Shown: positions 1 through 10,455, counted from the first letter of the stretch. The stretch is DNA of 64,000 bases from an uncultured Candidatus Saccharibacteria bacterium (GCA_964615415.1 CAZTNI010000002.1:4873-68872), one strand, 5' to 3'. The notes: generated by a model from the letters alone, not told the origin. A program made the numbers and translations.

Positions 1-50
1 TTGGAGATACGCTACTGTCGGCACTTTCGTGGGGCGACAAGTCAATTAAC

Positions 51-1892
51 ATGATAGGCAAGTGGAACGATCTTGGTATTGCAGTGGCGCTGCTGCTACT
101 CATCACTATTCTGCGTCTTGAGTTTTCGTCGTTGGTCCGTATGCGAGTGCTTGGTTTAGGAACACTTGTGGCCGCACTCTGTGTACTGCTTAGTTTTATT
201 AATTTCTCGTTTGTGTGGGGGTTGCTCTTTGTGGTGCTGGTGGTGGTGATCGTATTTAAACTGCTGCATGCTCCTATTGCACCTTCTGAGGAGCGACAGC
301 TTAATTGGCGTCAGCATATGCCATGGGTAAGTTTCGCTGCAGCGGCACTATTGGTGGGAGGATTGTTTTTCGGCACAACTGTTAACGCGTTCCTTACCCA
401 ATATTTCCCGGTAAGCGCAGTCGAAGTCCGTCCCTCGTTCTCTTCTACTCGTGCAGTAATAGACGCAGCTCGAGGTGACTCGGTCACAACACTGCTCCTT
501 GGCACTGGACCAACAACGTTTAACGAATCGTGGCTCATGCACAGGTCTGCTGATGTGAACCGTTCGCTCTTCTGGAATCTCGACTTTGTAGTTGGATTTT
601 CGACGGTTGTTACAGCTGTAGGGACGGTGGGTCTCGTAGGCGCACTTGCGTGGCTTGTAGCTCCACTGTTGGTGGCTGTCGCCTTTTTGCGCGCACTACG
701 TACCCAGTTGTTTCGTTCTCGAGAACGCACTATGGCACTTACCTTTAGCTTAGGGAGCCTCTTTCTCGCGTTTTCGTATATCTTCTATATTCCAAGCCAG
801 AATCTTGTGCTGCTTGCCTTTGGTACGATGGGTGTGGCCTTTGGGTTCCTTTGGCGTTCTGCGCAAAAAGAGCGAGATGTTGAAGAGGTTGATTCTACTC
901 GTATAGCTACTTTGGGTCGTGCACTTGTTGCGCTTCTTGTTGTTGTGGTGGTATTTGCGAGCGCGACACTTACGATTCGTCGTGCGCTTGCAGATGTCTT
1001 TGTGTTACAAGGACAGAGTGCTCTCGTAGCAGGGCAAACAGATGCTGCGCTATTTCAGGCAACTCGTGCTGCATGGTTTGAATCTACAGACAATGTACAC
1101 CTTCTCTCGCTCGCAGCAGGGTTTGTACAGTTACAACAAATTGCAAACGACTCTTCAGTACCTACGGCTACGGCACAAGAACGTTTTTCTACAACCCTCA
1201 CTGCTACGATTGCTACAGGAGAACAAGCAATGGTGCACATGAAGGAAGACTACCGGCCGTATGTGCTCATGGGGAACATCTACAGTTTCTTGGCGTCGCT
1301 TAAGGTCCAGGGTGCCTATGAAAATGCTCGCGCTGCGTATGAAACTGCTGCTCTGTATAATCCAAAAAATCCAGAAATCCCGCTTGCACTCGCGCGTCTT
1401 GAGGCAGCACAAGGCACTGAGGCTCGTGCTGAAGCTGCCGTAACAACCGCACTTACGTTGAAACCTGACTACACGGATGCAATTCTATTTGTTGCGCAGC
1501 TTGCAGCTGCAAAGAATGATATTCAAGGTGCGATCCGTGCGGCAGAGGTTGCGGTACAAACAGCTCCTGGTGTTTCTTCAATTTGGTTCCAGCTTGGGCT
1601 CTTGTATTACACTAACAACGCTATGGATAATGCGATTGTTGCCCTTGAACGAGCGATCCAACTCACCCCTGAATACGCAAATGCAAAATACTTCCTCGGT
1701 CTTGCGTACTACAAGCAAAATCGCGCACAAGACGCTATCCGCTTGTTTGAACAACTTCAGCGAGAAAATCCTGATAACACTGAAGTTTCTCTTATCTTGA
1801 GTAATATGCGCTTCGGTAAGCAGCCGCTCGATGGAGTACAGCCTCCAGCAACGAATCCTGAGGACCGAAGCACGGCGCCTATCTCCGAATAA
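51..1892 (+). CDS. polytopic membrane protein with C-terminal TPR repeats
   Basis: N-terminal ~300 aa of hydrophobic helices; C-terminal tandem TPR-like repeats (A..Y..A/G helix pairs, e.g. YFLGLAYYKQNRAQDAIRLFEQL). Confidence 0.6.
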   Translation: MIGKWNDLGIAVALLLLITILRLEFSSLVRMRVLGLGTLVAALCVLLSFINFSFVWGLLFVVLVVVIVFKLLHAPIAPSEERQLNWRQHMPWVSFAAAALLVGGLFFGTTVNAFLTQYFPVSAVEVRPSFSSTRAVIDAARGDSVTTLLLGTGPTTFNESWLMHRSADVNRSLFWNLDFVVGFSTVVTAVGTVGLVGALAWLVAPLLVAVAFLRALRTQLFRSRERTMALTFSLGSLFLAFSYIFYIPSQNLVLLAFGTMGVAFGFLWRSAQKERDVEEVDSTRIATLGRALVALLVVVVVFASATLTIRRALADVFVLQGQSALVAGQTDAALFQATRAAWFESTDNVHLLSLAAGFVQLQQIANDSSVPTATAQERFSTTLTATIATGEQAMVHMKEDYRPYVLMGNIYSFLASLKVQGAYENARAAYETAALYNPKNPEIPLALARLEAAQGTEARAEAAVTTALTLKPDYTDAILFVAQLAAAKNDIQGAIRAAEVAVQTAPGVSSIWFQLGLLYYTNNAMDNAIVALERAIQLTPEYANAKYFLGLAYYKQNRAQDAIRLFEQLQRENPDNTEVSLILSNMRFGKQPLDGVQPPATNPEDRSTAPISE

Positions 1893-1897
1893 CGACG

Positions 1898-3586
1898 ATG
1901 GTCCGCTTGCTTTTGTTGGCTGTTGGCAGAGAGGTCCGCGGCATGCACCAGGCCGCGTATGTGCTGGCAGGTTTTGCGTTCGGCTCGCAACTTCTGGCAC
2001 TGGTGCGTGACCGGTTGCTTGCGGGAACGTTCGGTGCTGGTTCGACACTCGACATCTATTACGCTGCGTTTCGTGTGCCGGACCTGTTGTTTGCAACCGT
2101 TGCGTCGCTTTTGTCGCTCTACGCACTGCTTCCGGTGCTCTCAAAATTTGAGACCGAAAGCAATGGGCTTGTAGCATCTTTTTTGCGACAAACACTCCTT
2201 GTCTTTTTTGTCGCAATGGGTGCCATTGCTGCGTGTGTTGCAGTGGTGGCACCGCAGTTGGTTGACCTTACTGCGCCAGGCTTAGCTGCAGACCCAGCAG
2301 CGCGGGATCAATTAATACTCTTGGTGCGCATTTTGCTGCTTCAGCCGATATTTTTAGGAGCGTCTAATATTGTTGCAGCGCTTACGCAACTTCGGCATCG
2401 TTTTTTTCTGTACTCTATTTCGCCACTTCTCTACAACATTGGCATCATTATCGGCATCGTCTGGTTGTATCCGGAGTTCGGTGTGACAGGGCTTGGATGG
2501 GGAGTAGTGTTAGGAGCGTGTTTACACCTGTTGGTGCAGCTACCCTTCTTTTTTACAGAGAAGTCTGCGGGGCATATTCCTCAGACTACGCTGTGGCGAT
2601 CTCTCGGTAAGGTGTTGGTACTCTCGGTGCCGCGCACTATCGCACTTGGTGCAGGACAAATTTCACTCCTTACGCTTATCGCTATGGCGTCCTTTTTTGC
2701 ACCGGGCTCTATTTCTGTATTTATGTTTGCGTTTAATTTGCAAGCGGTACCTCTTACTATTATTGGTGTTTCTTACTCTGTTGCTGCGTTTCCTACACTG
2801 GCGCGATTCCACGCAGAAGGGAACACTCAACAGTTTGTTGCTCATATTGAAACCGCACTACGCCACATTTTGTTTTGGTCTATTCCTGCAACGGTATTGA
2901 CGATCGTGTTGCGCGCGCAAATTGTGCGTATTGTCCTTGGTTCAGGCGCGTTCGACTGGAGCGCCACCCGTCTGACTGCGGCAGCACTCGCGTTTTTTGT
3001 TATTTCTCTTGCTGCGCAAAGCATCTCGCTCCTTATTGCGCGTGCGTACTATGCAGCGGGGCGTACTGCGACGCCGCTTGTGCTAGGTGCGCTGTCGGTG
3101 TTTGTCTCGATCGTCAGCGCGGTTATGTTAGTGAGTATCTTCCACAGCTCGGCACTCACACGCCACTTCCTTGAGGCACTCTTCCGTGTGGACGATATGC
3201 CAGGCACTACGGTGATCATGCTCGCGCTTGCGCTAACACTGGGAGCATTACTCCAAGCAGGAGTGGGGCTGTGGTGGTTTGTACGCGACTTTTCAGTGTC
3301 TTTGCGGGGCCTGGGCAGGCTCTGTTTCCAGAGTTTTGGGGCTTCAGTTGTTGGAGGTGCGTGTGCCTACATAGCGCTTACGGGCATGGGCGCACTCGTT
3401 GACATCAATACTGTGATAGGTATTGTGGCACAGGGCGCAGTCGGTACTGTGGTGGGGGTAGCAGGTACTCTCGTTATTCTGTACACTCTTGCTAATCAAG
3501 AGCTTTCAGAGGCTGTAGCGGCCCTTAAACGCCGCTTTAAGGACTCTCCGAAGGTTGTTTTGGAGCCGACAGACGTCTCTTCCTAA
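1898..3586 (+). CDS. murJ: lipid II flippase MurJ/MviN
   Basis: MviN-type N-terminus (AGTFGAGSTLDIYYAAFRVPDLLF), 14-TM-like hydrophobicity, 562 aa. Confidence 0.85.
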   Translation: MVRLLLLAVGREVRGMHQAAYVLAGFAFGSQLLALVRDRLLAGTFGAGSTLDIYYAAFRVPDLLFATVASLLSLYALLPVLSKFETESNGLVASFLRQTLLVFFVAMGAIAACVAVVAPQLVDLTAPGLAADPAARDQLILLVRILLLQPIFLGASNIVAALTQLRHRFFLYSISPLLYNIGIIIGIVWLYPEFGVTGLGWGVVLGACLHLLVQLPFFFTEKSAGHIPQTTLWRSLGKVLVLSVPRTIALGAGQISLLTLIAMASFFAPGSISVFMFAFNLQAVPLTIIGVSYSVAAFPTLARFHAEGNTQQFVAHIETALRHILFWSIPATVLTIVLRAQIVRIVLGSGAFDWSATRLTAAALAFFVISLAAQSISLLIARAYYAAGRTATPLVLGALSVFVSIVSAVMLVSIFHSSALTRHFLEALFRVDDMPGTTVIMLALALTLGALLQAGVGLWWFVRDFSVSLRGLGRLCFQSFGASVVGGACAYIALTGMGALVDINTVIGIVAQGAVGTVVGVAGTLVILYTLANQELSEAVAALKRRFKDSPKVVLEPTDVSS

Positions 3587-3589
3587 CCC

Positions 3590-5380
3590 ATGCAACACAT
3601 CCGCAATTTTTCTATCATTGCCCATATTGACCACGGCAAGTCGACCCTTGCTGATCGTTTTTTGGAGTTAACCGGCACTATCGAGAAGCGCAAAATGCGC
3701 GAACAGGTGCTCGACTCCATGGAACTTGAACGTGAGCGCGGCATTACCATTAAGATGCAGCCAGTGCGTATGCAGTGGAAGGCAGAGGATGGGAAGGAGT
3801 ACATCATTAACCTGATAGATACCCCGGGCCATATCGACTTCTCTTACGAAGTATCTCGCGCGCTTACCGCAGTAGAGGGCGCTATTTTGCTTGTGGATGC
3901 GACACAGGGAGTGCAGGCACAAACGCTGACGACGCTGCGCACTGCGCGCGATTTAGGACTCGTTATCATTCCCGCCCTTTCTAAAATTGACTCTCCGCTT
4001 GCAGAGGTTGAAAAAGTAAAAGAGCAGGTGTCCCAGCTTCTTGATGTACCTGCAGGTTCTATTTTGAGTTGCTCAGGCAGAACAGGGGAAGGCGTAGAGG
4101 AATTGCTTAAGGCCGTTATAGAGCAAGTGCCGCCTCCAAAAGCAGAAGTAGAAACCACCGCGCCGAAAGCGCTCGTGTTCGACTTTCAATATTCCGACCA
4201 TCAGGGCGTTATTGTGTACCTGCGCATGTTCGAAGGACAAATTACAAAAGGTGACACGTTAGAATTTGCTGCTAGTGGACGCAAATTCCAAGCACTTGAA
4301 GTGGGAACGTTCTCGCCACAACCAAAACCACAAGAAAAGTTAGGTACGGGAACCATTGGCTACGTAGTGACGGGCATTAAAGAACCGGGCGTATCGCGCG
4401 TGGGCGACACTATTCGCTCAAAAGTGGGGAAGACAACGCCGCTTTCCGGCTATGCAGAACCAAAGCCGGTGGTGTGGGCCAGTGTTTACCCAGAAAGTCA
4501 GGATGATTTCCCCCTCCTGCGGCAGTCTCTTTCCCGATTGCAGCTTTCGGACTCGTCATTGTCGTTTGATGAAGAATCTTCGGGCGTGCTTGGTCGCGGC
4601 TTTCGCTGCGGTCTGCTCGGTATGCTCCACTTGGAAATTGTGACCGAACGGTTGCGTCGCGAATTTAACCTCACGCTTATTGTTACAACGCCGTCGATTA
4701 CGTATGAAGTAGAGACAGGGAAAGGAAAACGCGTAACGGTATATACGCCGTCGATGTTCCCGCCGTATGGGGAAATAGAACGAGTGTGGGAACCGTATAC
4801 CAACATAGAAATTATTCTCCCTGCGCACTATTTAGGTGCTATTACGCCGCTTTTGTTTGATCATGAAGGAGTGGTTGACTCTACGGCAAACTTTTCCGAA
4901 GGACGATTGATGCTTAAGGTAACAATGCCTCTGCGTGAACTGATGCGCAACTTTTTTGATAAAATCAAAAGTCTTTCAGCAGGATATGCGTCTATTTCGT
5001 ATGAAATCCGCGAGTTACGCGAGGCGGACGTTGCACGGCTCGATATTGTGGTTGCAGAAGAGATCGTCCCTGCGTTTACTCGTATTGTTGCAAAGCGTCG
5101 AGTTGAAACAGAGGCGATAGCTGCGGTAGAAAAACTCTACGGTATTTTGCCGCGACAGATGTTCGCTACGAAAATTCAAGGTCAGGCACTGGGGCGCATC
5201 GTCTCTTCTCGCACGTTGCCTGCGATGAGTAAAAACGTGACGCAGCACATGTACGGCGGCGACAGAACTCGCAAAATGAAGCTCTGGGAGAAGCAAAAGC
5301 GAGGTAAAGCCCGCATGAAAGAAAGCGGGAAGGTAAATATCCCGGAAGAGGTCTTCCTGAAGATGGTTAAAAACGACTAA
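3590..5380 (+). CDS. lepA: translation elongation factor 4 (LepA)
   Basis: NFSIIAHIDHGKSTLADR G-domain, DTPGHIDF, LepA-specific C-terminal domain; 596 aa. Confidence 0.95.
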   Translation: MQHIRNFSIIAHIDHGKSTLADRFLELTGTIEKRKMREQVLDSMELERERGITIKMQPVRMQWKAEDGKEYIINLIDTPGHIDFSYEVSRALTAVEGAILLVDATQGVQAQTLTTLRTARDLGLVIIPALSKIDSPLAEVEKVKEQVSQLLDVPAGSILSCSGRTGEGVEELLKAVIEQVPPPKAEVETTAPKALVFDFQYSDHQGVIVYLRMFEGQITKGDTLEFAASGRKFQALEVGTFSPQPKPQEKLGTGTIGYVVTGIKEPGVSRVGDTIRSKVGKTTPLSGYAEPKPVVWASVYPESQDDFPLLRQSLSRLQLSDSSLSFDEESSGVLGRGFRCGLLGMLHLEIVTERLRREFNLTLIVTTPSITYEVETGKGKRVTVYTPSMFPPYGEIERVWEPYTNIEIILPAHYLGAITPLLFDHEGVVDSTANFSEGRLMLKVTMPLRELMRNFFDKIKSLSAGYASISYEIRELREADVARLDIVVAEEIVPAFTRIVAKRRVETEAIAAVEKLYGILPRQMFATKIQGQALGRIVSSRTLPAMSKNVTQHMYGGDRTRKMKLWEKQKRGKARMKESGKVNIPEEVFLKMVKND

Positions 5381-5518
5381 CCAGTCTTATATAAGAAGAG
5401 AGAAATATGAGAGGACCATCGAGGCGATGATCGCTACACCAAGTATCCACGCCAAAATGCGGGTGACTCTCTCTCGATTCTTTCCAAACATGCCAAACAT
5501 AAGGGTATACTACCATGT

Positions 5519-5911
5519 ATGCTCGATTACAAAAAGAACCCCCGGGCTCATGTGGTGCCGAAGTTCCTCCTCCATTGCACAATAAGCCTCTTACTGCTTG
5601 TTGTGGCAGTATTGGTAGTCCGAGCTGCTTGGCACATGTACGGCAAATTTGCGACAGCGTCTGCTGCAGCGGAAGCCGCAAAAACAGAACTCTCTCATAT
5701 GGAGGAGCAAAAAGCGAGTGTGAGCGAAGCTATAGCTGAACTGTCTTCAGAGCGAGGAGTGGAGGCAAGTGCGCGGGAAAAATTTGGTGTTGCAAAGCCG
5801 GGCGAAGGGGAAATACGCATCATCCGAGACAAGGAAGGCGTAGGAACGCTGCCTTCTCAAGATGATCAAAACATATTGAGTCGCATTTTTAATGCGCTGT
5901 TTGTGTGGTAA
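5519..5911 (+). CDS. septum formation initiator (FtsB/DivIC-like)
   Basis: Single N-terminal TM helix, coiled-coil, REKFGVAKPGE motif resembling the FtsB ARERLGLVKPGE motif. Confidence 0.55.
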   Translation: MLDYKKNPRAHVVPKFLLHCTISLLLLVVAVLVVRAAWHMYGKFATASAAAEAAKTELSHMEEQKASVSEAIAELSSERGVEASAREKFGVAKPGEGEIRIIRDKEGVGTLPSQDDQNILSRIFNALFVW

Positions 5912-5916
5912 AAATG

Positions 5917-5987
5917 TGCGGGATGCGAGAATCGAACTCGCGCCTACTGCTTGGGAAGCAGTCGTCCTACCACTAAACTAATCCCGC
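5917..5987 (-). tRNA. tRNA-Gly (anticodon CCC)
   Basis: Hand-folded cloverleaf on the minus strand: acceptor GCGGGAT/ATCCCGC, anticodon stem ACTGC/GCAGT, loop TTCCCAA, T-loop GTTCGATTC. Confidence 0.8.
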
Positions 5988-6037
5988 AGGCTTGACAGCC
6001 ATGGTATACTGAAAAGTAAGTAATAACAATAATTCCT

Positions 6038-6280
6038 ATGGACAAACACGTTACTATCTACACCACCCCGACTTGCCACTTTTGCCAAATGGCAAAGGAG
6101 TTTTTTGCTGAAAAAAATATTCAATACACTGCGTACGATGTAGCAGCAGACGCGCAAAAGCGTACAGAAATGATCCAAATGACGGGACAGCTCGGCGTAC
6201 CGGTTATCGTTATCAATGACGACATTATGGTCGGGTTTGACCGCTCGCGTATTGCACAAAAGCTCGGGGTAGAGGCATAA
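6038..6280 (+). CDS. glutaredoxin-like thioredoxin-fold protein
   Basis: 80 aa, CHFC redox motif at the N-terminus, GVPVIVIND, glutaredoxin/NrdH-like length. Confidence 0.8.
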   Translation: MDKHVTIYTTPTCHFCQMAKEFFAEKNIQYTAYDVAADAQKRTEMIQMTGQLGVPVIVINDDIMVGFDRSRIAQKLGVEA

Positions 6281-6291
6281 TCGCTGTTACA

Positions 6292-6363
6292 GCCTTCGTA
6301 GCTCAATGGATAGAGCAATCCCGTCCTAAGGGAAAGATGTAGGTCCGATTCCTGCCGAGGGCA
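6292..6363 (+). tRNA. tRNA-Arg (anticodon CCT)
   Basis: Acceptor GCCTTCG/CGAGGGC, anticodon loop GTCCTAA, T-arm GGTCCGATTCC. Confidence 0.8.
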
Positions 6364-6656
6364 TGATATGTGCTAAAAAGCGTTTTTGTGCTATAGTTTT
6401 TGGCGTGGAGTCGGAGCGTCAGCAGATAGAAGAACTCAAACAATTGGTGCGTCGGAACATTGAAGTAAGCACTGAAACGAGCAAGCTGGTACACAGCATG
6501 CAACGCCAGGCTCGTTGGAGTTCTATCTTTCGTATAATCCGCATAGTAGTGCTTATAGCGCTTGCCGGAGGTGTGTACCTCTACTTGCAGCCCTATGTCG
6601 AACAAATACGTGATGCGTACGACCAGGTGCGGGGTTTTATTCCAGGAGGAAATTAA
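6363..6656 (+). CDS. hypothetical small membrane protein (start uncertain, may be internal GTG)
   Basis: ORF with a C-terminal TM helix (IIRIVVLIALAGGVYLYL). The annotated ATG overlaps the last base of tRNA-Arg, so the true start is probably downstream. Confidence 0.3.
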   Translation: MICAKKRFCAIVFGVESERQQIEELKQLVRRNIEVSTETSKLVHSMQRQARWSSIFRIIRIVVLIALAGGVYLYLQPYVEQIRDAYDQVRGFIPGGN

Positions 6657-6662
6657 TAATAT

Positions 6663-6738
6663 GCCGAGGTAGCTCAGTTGGTAGAGCATTTCCCTGAAGA
6701 GGAAGGGGTCGCCGGTTCGAGCCCGGCCCTCGGCACCA
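6663..6738 (+). tRNA. tRNA-Phe (anticodon GAA)
   Basis: 76 nt with encoded CCA; anticodon loop CTGAAGA; GGTTCGAGCC T-arm. Confidence 0.9.
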
Positions 6739-6754
6739 AGGTTTTAAAATTTAT

Positions 6755-7264
6755 TTAGTTAGAGCGGACTTTAAGTTTTGCTTGGCGGCCTTTGTCCATT
6801 TTTGGAAGGCGGATGACGAGGAGTCCGTGTTTTTCCACTGCCTCAGCATCTTCAATATCTACTTCGACAGGAAGGACGATCGTGCGTGAAAAAGTACCCC
6901 AATAAAGTTCTTGGAAGAAAAAGTCACCAGCCGTGCCTTCAGTGTGTTGCTCGCGTTTGCCGCGGATAGTAACCATGTCGCGCGTAATGGATACATCAAG
7001 ATCTTCAGGACGGACGCCTGCGATCATGGCTTTAATAACAATATGAGTCGGCGTTTGGTATACATCAACAGAAAGCTCGCCTTCAACCTCTTCCTCAACT
7101 TCTGGAGCAGGGGCAGCTGCTAGAGGCTGTGCCGCACGTTTTTCTGATTTACGGGTAGGGACAGCAAAGCCAGAGCCGCTTTCAAGATCATCAAAAGAAA
7201 AGTCGTTGTCTGTTCCCGAGCTTCCAGTCAGCCATGTAAAGAGAGATTTCTTTTCCCGTGCCAT
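6755..7264 (-). CDS. Hsp20/alpha-crystallin small heat-shock protein
   Basis: Alpha-crystallin domain pattern (VDVYQTPTHIVIKAMIAGV...GLLVIRLPK); 169 aa. Confidence 0.85.
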   Translation of the reverse strand: MAREKKSLFTWLTGSSGTDNDFSFDDLESGSGFAVPTRKSEKRAAQPLAAAPAPEVEEEVEGELSVDVYQTPTHIVIKAMIAGVRPEDLDVSITRDMVTIRGKREQHTEGTAGDFFFQELYWGTFSRTIVLPVEVDIEDAEAVEKHGLLVIRLPKMDKGRQAKLKVRSN

Positions 7265-7270
7265 AAATAA

Positions 7271-7960
7271 TTAACAATAGTCCTTACTAGGATTTTTAAC
7301 GCGCTCTACTAAAAGTAAAATAGCGACGATGCCGAACCAGATACACAGGAATACCCAGAATGTTGCTCCACCGTCTCCTTTTAGTATAAAAAAGTTAAAC
7401 AATGTGTGCAATACAATTGCAAGGATAAGTCCTACTCCTGCAGCGAAGATGCGTACGCGAGCAGGCTTGTAGAACGAGAGTGCAAGCGCAACACCGACCG
7501 TTGCTGAGGCGAGCGTGTGGAGCAGTGTTGCGCCTATAAAGCGCAAGTCTCCCGTAACAATGGTGCGCAACATGTCTCCAGTTCCAAGCGGGCCCATAAG
7601 AAAAAGCGCATTCTCAAGCGCAGAAAATCCTAAGGCCGCGGTGACCATGTACACAACTGCATCAAGCGGCTCGTCAAACGCTCGCGAGCGGAGCGCGACA
7701 ACGTACGCCGCTAAGAACTTGAAAACTTCCTCAATACCTGCCCATGCAAGAAGGAGGAAAAAACCAGAATAGTATTCTGCCGCTAAGCGCTCAAGCTGGA
7801 GCACAAAGGGCAGTACTACCACCATACCGGCTATAAATGAAAAGAATATGTAGCGCTTCGGCTCGGGCTGACAGCGGTCTTCAAGGAGCCAGAACGCAAG
7901 CCACAGAAGGGCAGGTAGAAATCCTCCCAAAAAGGCAAGTAAAAGAACCGTAGACTCCAT
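7271..7960 (-). CDS. PrsW-family intramembrane metalloprotease
   Basis: Multi-TM protein with the EEVFKF (EExxK), FSALEN (FxxxE) and HTLFNF (HxxxN) motifs in the PrsW arrangement. Confidence 0.65.
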   Translation of the reverse strand: MESTVLLLAFLGGFLPALLWLAFWLLEDRCQPEPKRYIFFSFIAGMVVVLPFVLQLERLAAEYYSGFFLLLAWAGIEEVFKFLAAYVVALRSRAFDEPLDAVVYMVTAALGFSALENALFLMGPLGTGDMLRTIVTGDLRFIGATLLHTLASATVGVALALSFYKPARVRIFAAGVGLILAIVLHTLFNFFILKGDGGATFWVFLCIWFGIVAILLLVERVKNPSKDYC

Positions 7961-7995
7961 ACAGCTCTAGTATAAACCAGGTTTTTTGAGTGAAT

Positions 7996-10170
7996 CTACG
8001 CTGGCCACTGTTCGACCATAAGAAGGTCTTTCTTTCCTGGCATACTATCCCAAATTTCTTCTGTTACGAATGGCATAAATGGGTGGAGGAGTTTAAGCGA
8101 GTCAGAAAGTATGGCAATAAGCAGTCGTTTGCGCGAAGCAACTTCTTCCGCAGTGCCTGTTTTAAATATCTCCTTACTTTCTTCAAGAAGGTTTGCGGCA
8201 AAAATATCCCATACGTAGTGGTAGAGTTTTTCTGCGGCCATGTAGATGCGATATTCTTCCATGTCTTTGGTTGCATCTTGTGTAACTGCGTCGAATTGCG
8301 TCCAATACTCCTGATCTTTTGCTGTGTATGTAGTAGTACTATCTGCATCAGAAGCGTTTTCGAGGGTAAAACGAGTGATGTTCCAGAGTTTGTTAGAGAA
8401 AAGTTTATACCCGTTTATCTTTTGTTCATCAAATTTAACATCACTGCCGATAGCAGAGCCGACCATAAGTCCCATGCGCAGTGCGTCCGCGCCATATTTG
8501 TTGATGATATCGAGTGGGTCGACACCATTATTGAGTGACTTGCTAAACTTTCGTCCATCTTTTGCACGCACCAGACCGTGGATCAAGACTTTTTTAAACG
8601 GTACTTGCCCGAGGTGGAACCCGCTCATAAGTATCATGCGTGACACCCAAAGCGGCAGAATCTCGTACGCCGGCGACATGAACGACGTTGGATGGAACAC
8701 TTCAAGGTCTTTTGTTTTTTCTGGCCAGCCGAGGGTAGAAAATGTCCAGAGTGCGGAAGAAAACCAGGTGTCGAGTACGTCCTCGTCTTGATTCCAGCCA
8801 TCGCCCTTAGGTGCAGTAACTCCGCAATATACTTCTTTCCCCTTGTACCACACCGGAATACGGTGTCCGAACCAAATCTGGCGGCTGATGCACCAGTCGT
8901 GCAAGTTTTCTATCCAATGGAAATAGGTTTTACGAAAGCCTTCCTGTGGCATATCAACAGCGCCGCTTTCTACGGCCGCTTTCATCATCTGTGTCAGTGT
9001 GACGGTGCTGCCGCTTTTGATGCCGGGGATTTCGGAGTGGGGGATGGTAAATGGTTTATTAACGGCCACAAACCACTGTTCCATAATCTGCGGTTCAATA
9101 GTTGCTCCTGTGCGCTCTGAGGTTGCTATGTTGTGTACGTAATTGTCTTCAATTTTTACGACAAGACCTTTTTGTTGTAATTTTTCTACAATCTTCTCGC
9201 GAGCCTCGCTGATTTTCATGCCTGCAAACTCTCCAGCAATAGGAAGGAGCTTGCCGTATTTGTCGATAATCTGTTCTTTGTCGAGTTTATATTTTTCGGC
9301 CAACTCAAAGTCCACCATAGAGTGCCATGGGGTAATGGTCATGGCGCCCGTGCCTACTTCGGGGTCGCTCGCAGCGTCTTTAATAACAGTTGCAGTTATC
9401 GGGCCGTTGATCCACTCAAGGTCAATGGTTTGACCATGCGTAAATTCTTTGTAGCGAGGGTCGTCAGGGTGCACAACAATATATTTGTCACCAAACTTTG
9501 TTTCAGGACGGGCAGTGCCTATGGTGAACGGACCGTATTTGAAGTAATAAAACTTTGATTTCTCTTCTACGTATACAACTTCATCGTCAGAAATGGTGGT
9601 CTGCCCCTTTGGGTCCCAGTTAACGATGCGGTGGCCTTTGTAAATAAGCCCCGCGTCATACATATTTTTAAACGCGGTAAACACAGCTTTGTTGCGCGTT
9701 TCGTCCATCGTGTACGCGTAGCGTGACCAGTCGAGAGAAGCGCCCATACGACGCACTTGGGAGAGGATGGTGCTCTCGCTATTTTTAGCAAACTCATGGA
9801 CGCGGCGTACAAGTTCGTCGCGGCCAAGATCGTGACGACTCTTCCCTTCGTCTTTTTGAATATTTTTTTCTACACGGGCCTGGGTAGCAATTGCAGCAGA
9901 GTCTGTGCCAGGTATCCAAAGCGCTTTTTTGCCGCGCATGCGATGGAAGCGTATAACAATGTCTTGCAAGGTGTCTTCATATGCGTGACCCACATGCAAC
10001 GTGCCGGTGACGTTCGGCGGGGGAAGGACGACAGTAAATGGCTCGGTACGTTCACCAGGCAGGTTGTCTGGGTTAAAGTAGCCGCTTTGCTCCCATTTTT
10101 TATAGATTTCGCCCTCCACCTCTTGTGGGTTGTAGGGTTTTAAAAACTTCTCGGGCACCTGTTCACTCAT
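7996..10170 (-). CDS. valS: valyl-tRNA synthetase (short form, no C-terminal coiled coil)
   Basis: PPPNVTGTLHVGHA HIGH region, KFSKSLNN KMSKS motif, editing and anticodon-binding regions; 724 aa. Confidence 0.9.
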   Translation of the reverse strand: MSEQVPEKFLKPYNPQEVEGEIYKKWEQSGYFNPDNLPGERTEPFTVVLPPPNVTGTLHVGHAYEDTLQDIVIRFHRMRGKKALWIPGTDSAAIATQARVEKNIQKDEGKSRHDLGRDELVRRVHEFAKNSESTILSQVRRMGASLDWSRYAYTMDETRNKAVFTAFKNMYDAGLIYKGHRIVNWDPKGQTTISDDEVVYVEEKSKFYYFKYGPFTIGTARPETKFGDKYIVVHPDDPRYKEFTHGQTIDLEWINGPITATVIKDAASDPEVGTGAMTITPWHSMVDFELAEKYKLDKEQIIDKYGKLLPIAGEFAGMKISEAREKIVEKLQQKGLVVKIEDNYVHNIATSERTGATIEPQIMEQWFVAVNKPFTIPHSEIPGIKSGSTVTLTQMMKAAVESGAVDMPQEGFRKTYFHWIENLHDWCISRQIWFGHRIPVWYKGKEVYCGVTAPKGDGWNQDEDVLDTWFSSALWTFSTLGWPEKTKDLEVFHPTSFMSPAYEILPLWVSRMILMSGFHLGQVPFKKVLIHGLVRAKDGRKFSKSLNNGVDPLDIINKYGADALRMGLMVGSAIGSDVKFDEQKINGYKLFSNKLWNITRFTLENASDADSTTTYTAKDQEYWTQFDAVTQDATKDMEEYRIYMAAEKLYHYVWDIFAANLLEESKEIFKTGTAEEVASRKRLLIAILSDSLKLLHPFMPFVTEEIWDSMPGKKDLLMVEQWPA

Positions 10171-10221
10171 GTTGCAAATACTACGCCAAATAAGGCTTTT
10201 TTAGAAGGGTCAAGCAGACCC

Positions 10222-10250
10222 TTGACAAAATTTATGTATTGGTATATAAT
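10222..10250 (+). promoter_or_regulatory. consensus sigma70-type promoter (TTGACA-17-TATAAT)
   Basis: Exact TTGACA at 10222-10227, 17-nt spacer, exact TATAAT at 10245-10250. Confidence 0.6.
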
Positions 10251-10256
10251 TAAGTC

Positions 10257-10455
10257 AGGAAGATAGGATAGTTCTTGGGCCGATGCGGAGGTTCCGACCT
10301 TCAGCGTGACGCCGAGAAGACAGTTCTTATCGATATATTGGTCGGGATTATACTAACCGGCTAATTTCTCTCAGGAAATTCCAGAGAGATCGATATAGAA
10401 AGGAAGCATCCTTCTTCCACTCCATTCGACCCGTCACATTGTGGCGGGTCTTTTA
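10257..10455 (+). ncRNA. candidate small RNA (about 200 nt), identity unknown
   Basis: Bounded by a perfect consensus promoter and a strong intrinsic terminator. No plausible ORF. Internal direct repeats (AGTTCTT x2, ATCGATATA x2) and a GGAAGCA motif. Confidence 0.4.

Noticed and set aside
5367-5681. A 104-aa minus-strand ORF between lepA and the FtsB-like gene
   Set aside because: It overlaps the better-supported + strand FtsB-like gene and the intergenic promoter region, and it has no RBS or motif.
10257-10455. Assigning the orphan sRNA to tmRNA, RNase P RNA or SRP RNA
   Set aside because: There is no tRNA-like acceptor or T-arm end, which rules out tmRNA. There are no P4 elements (AGGAAAGTCCGGGCTCC-like), which rules out RNase P RNA. 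The GGAAGCA motif lacks the flanking SRP helix-8 GNRA-tetraloop context. It is therefore left unassigned.
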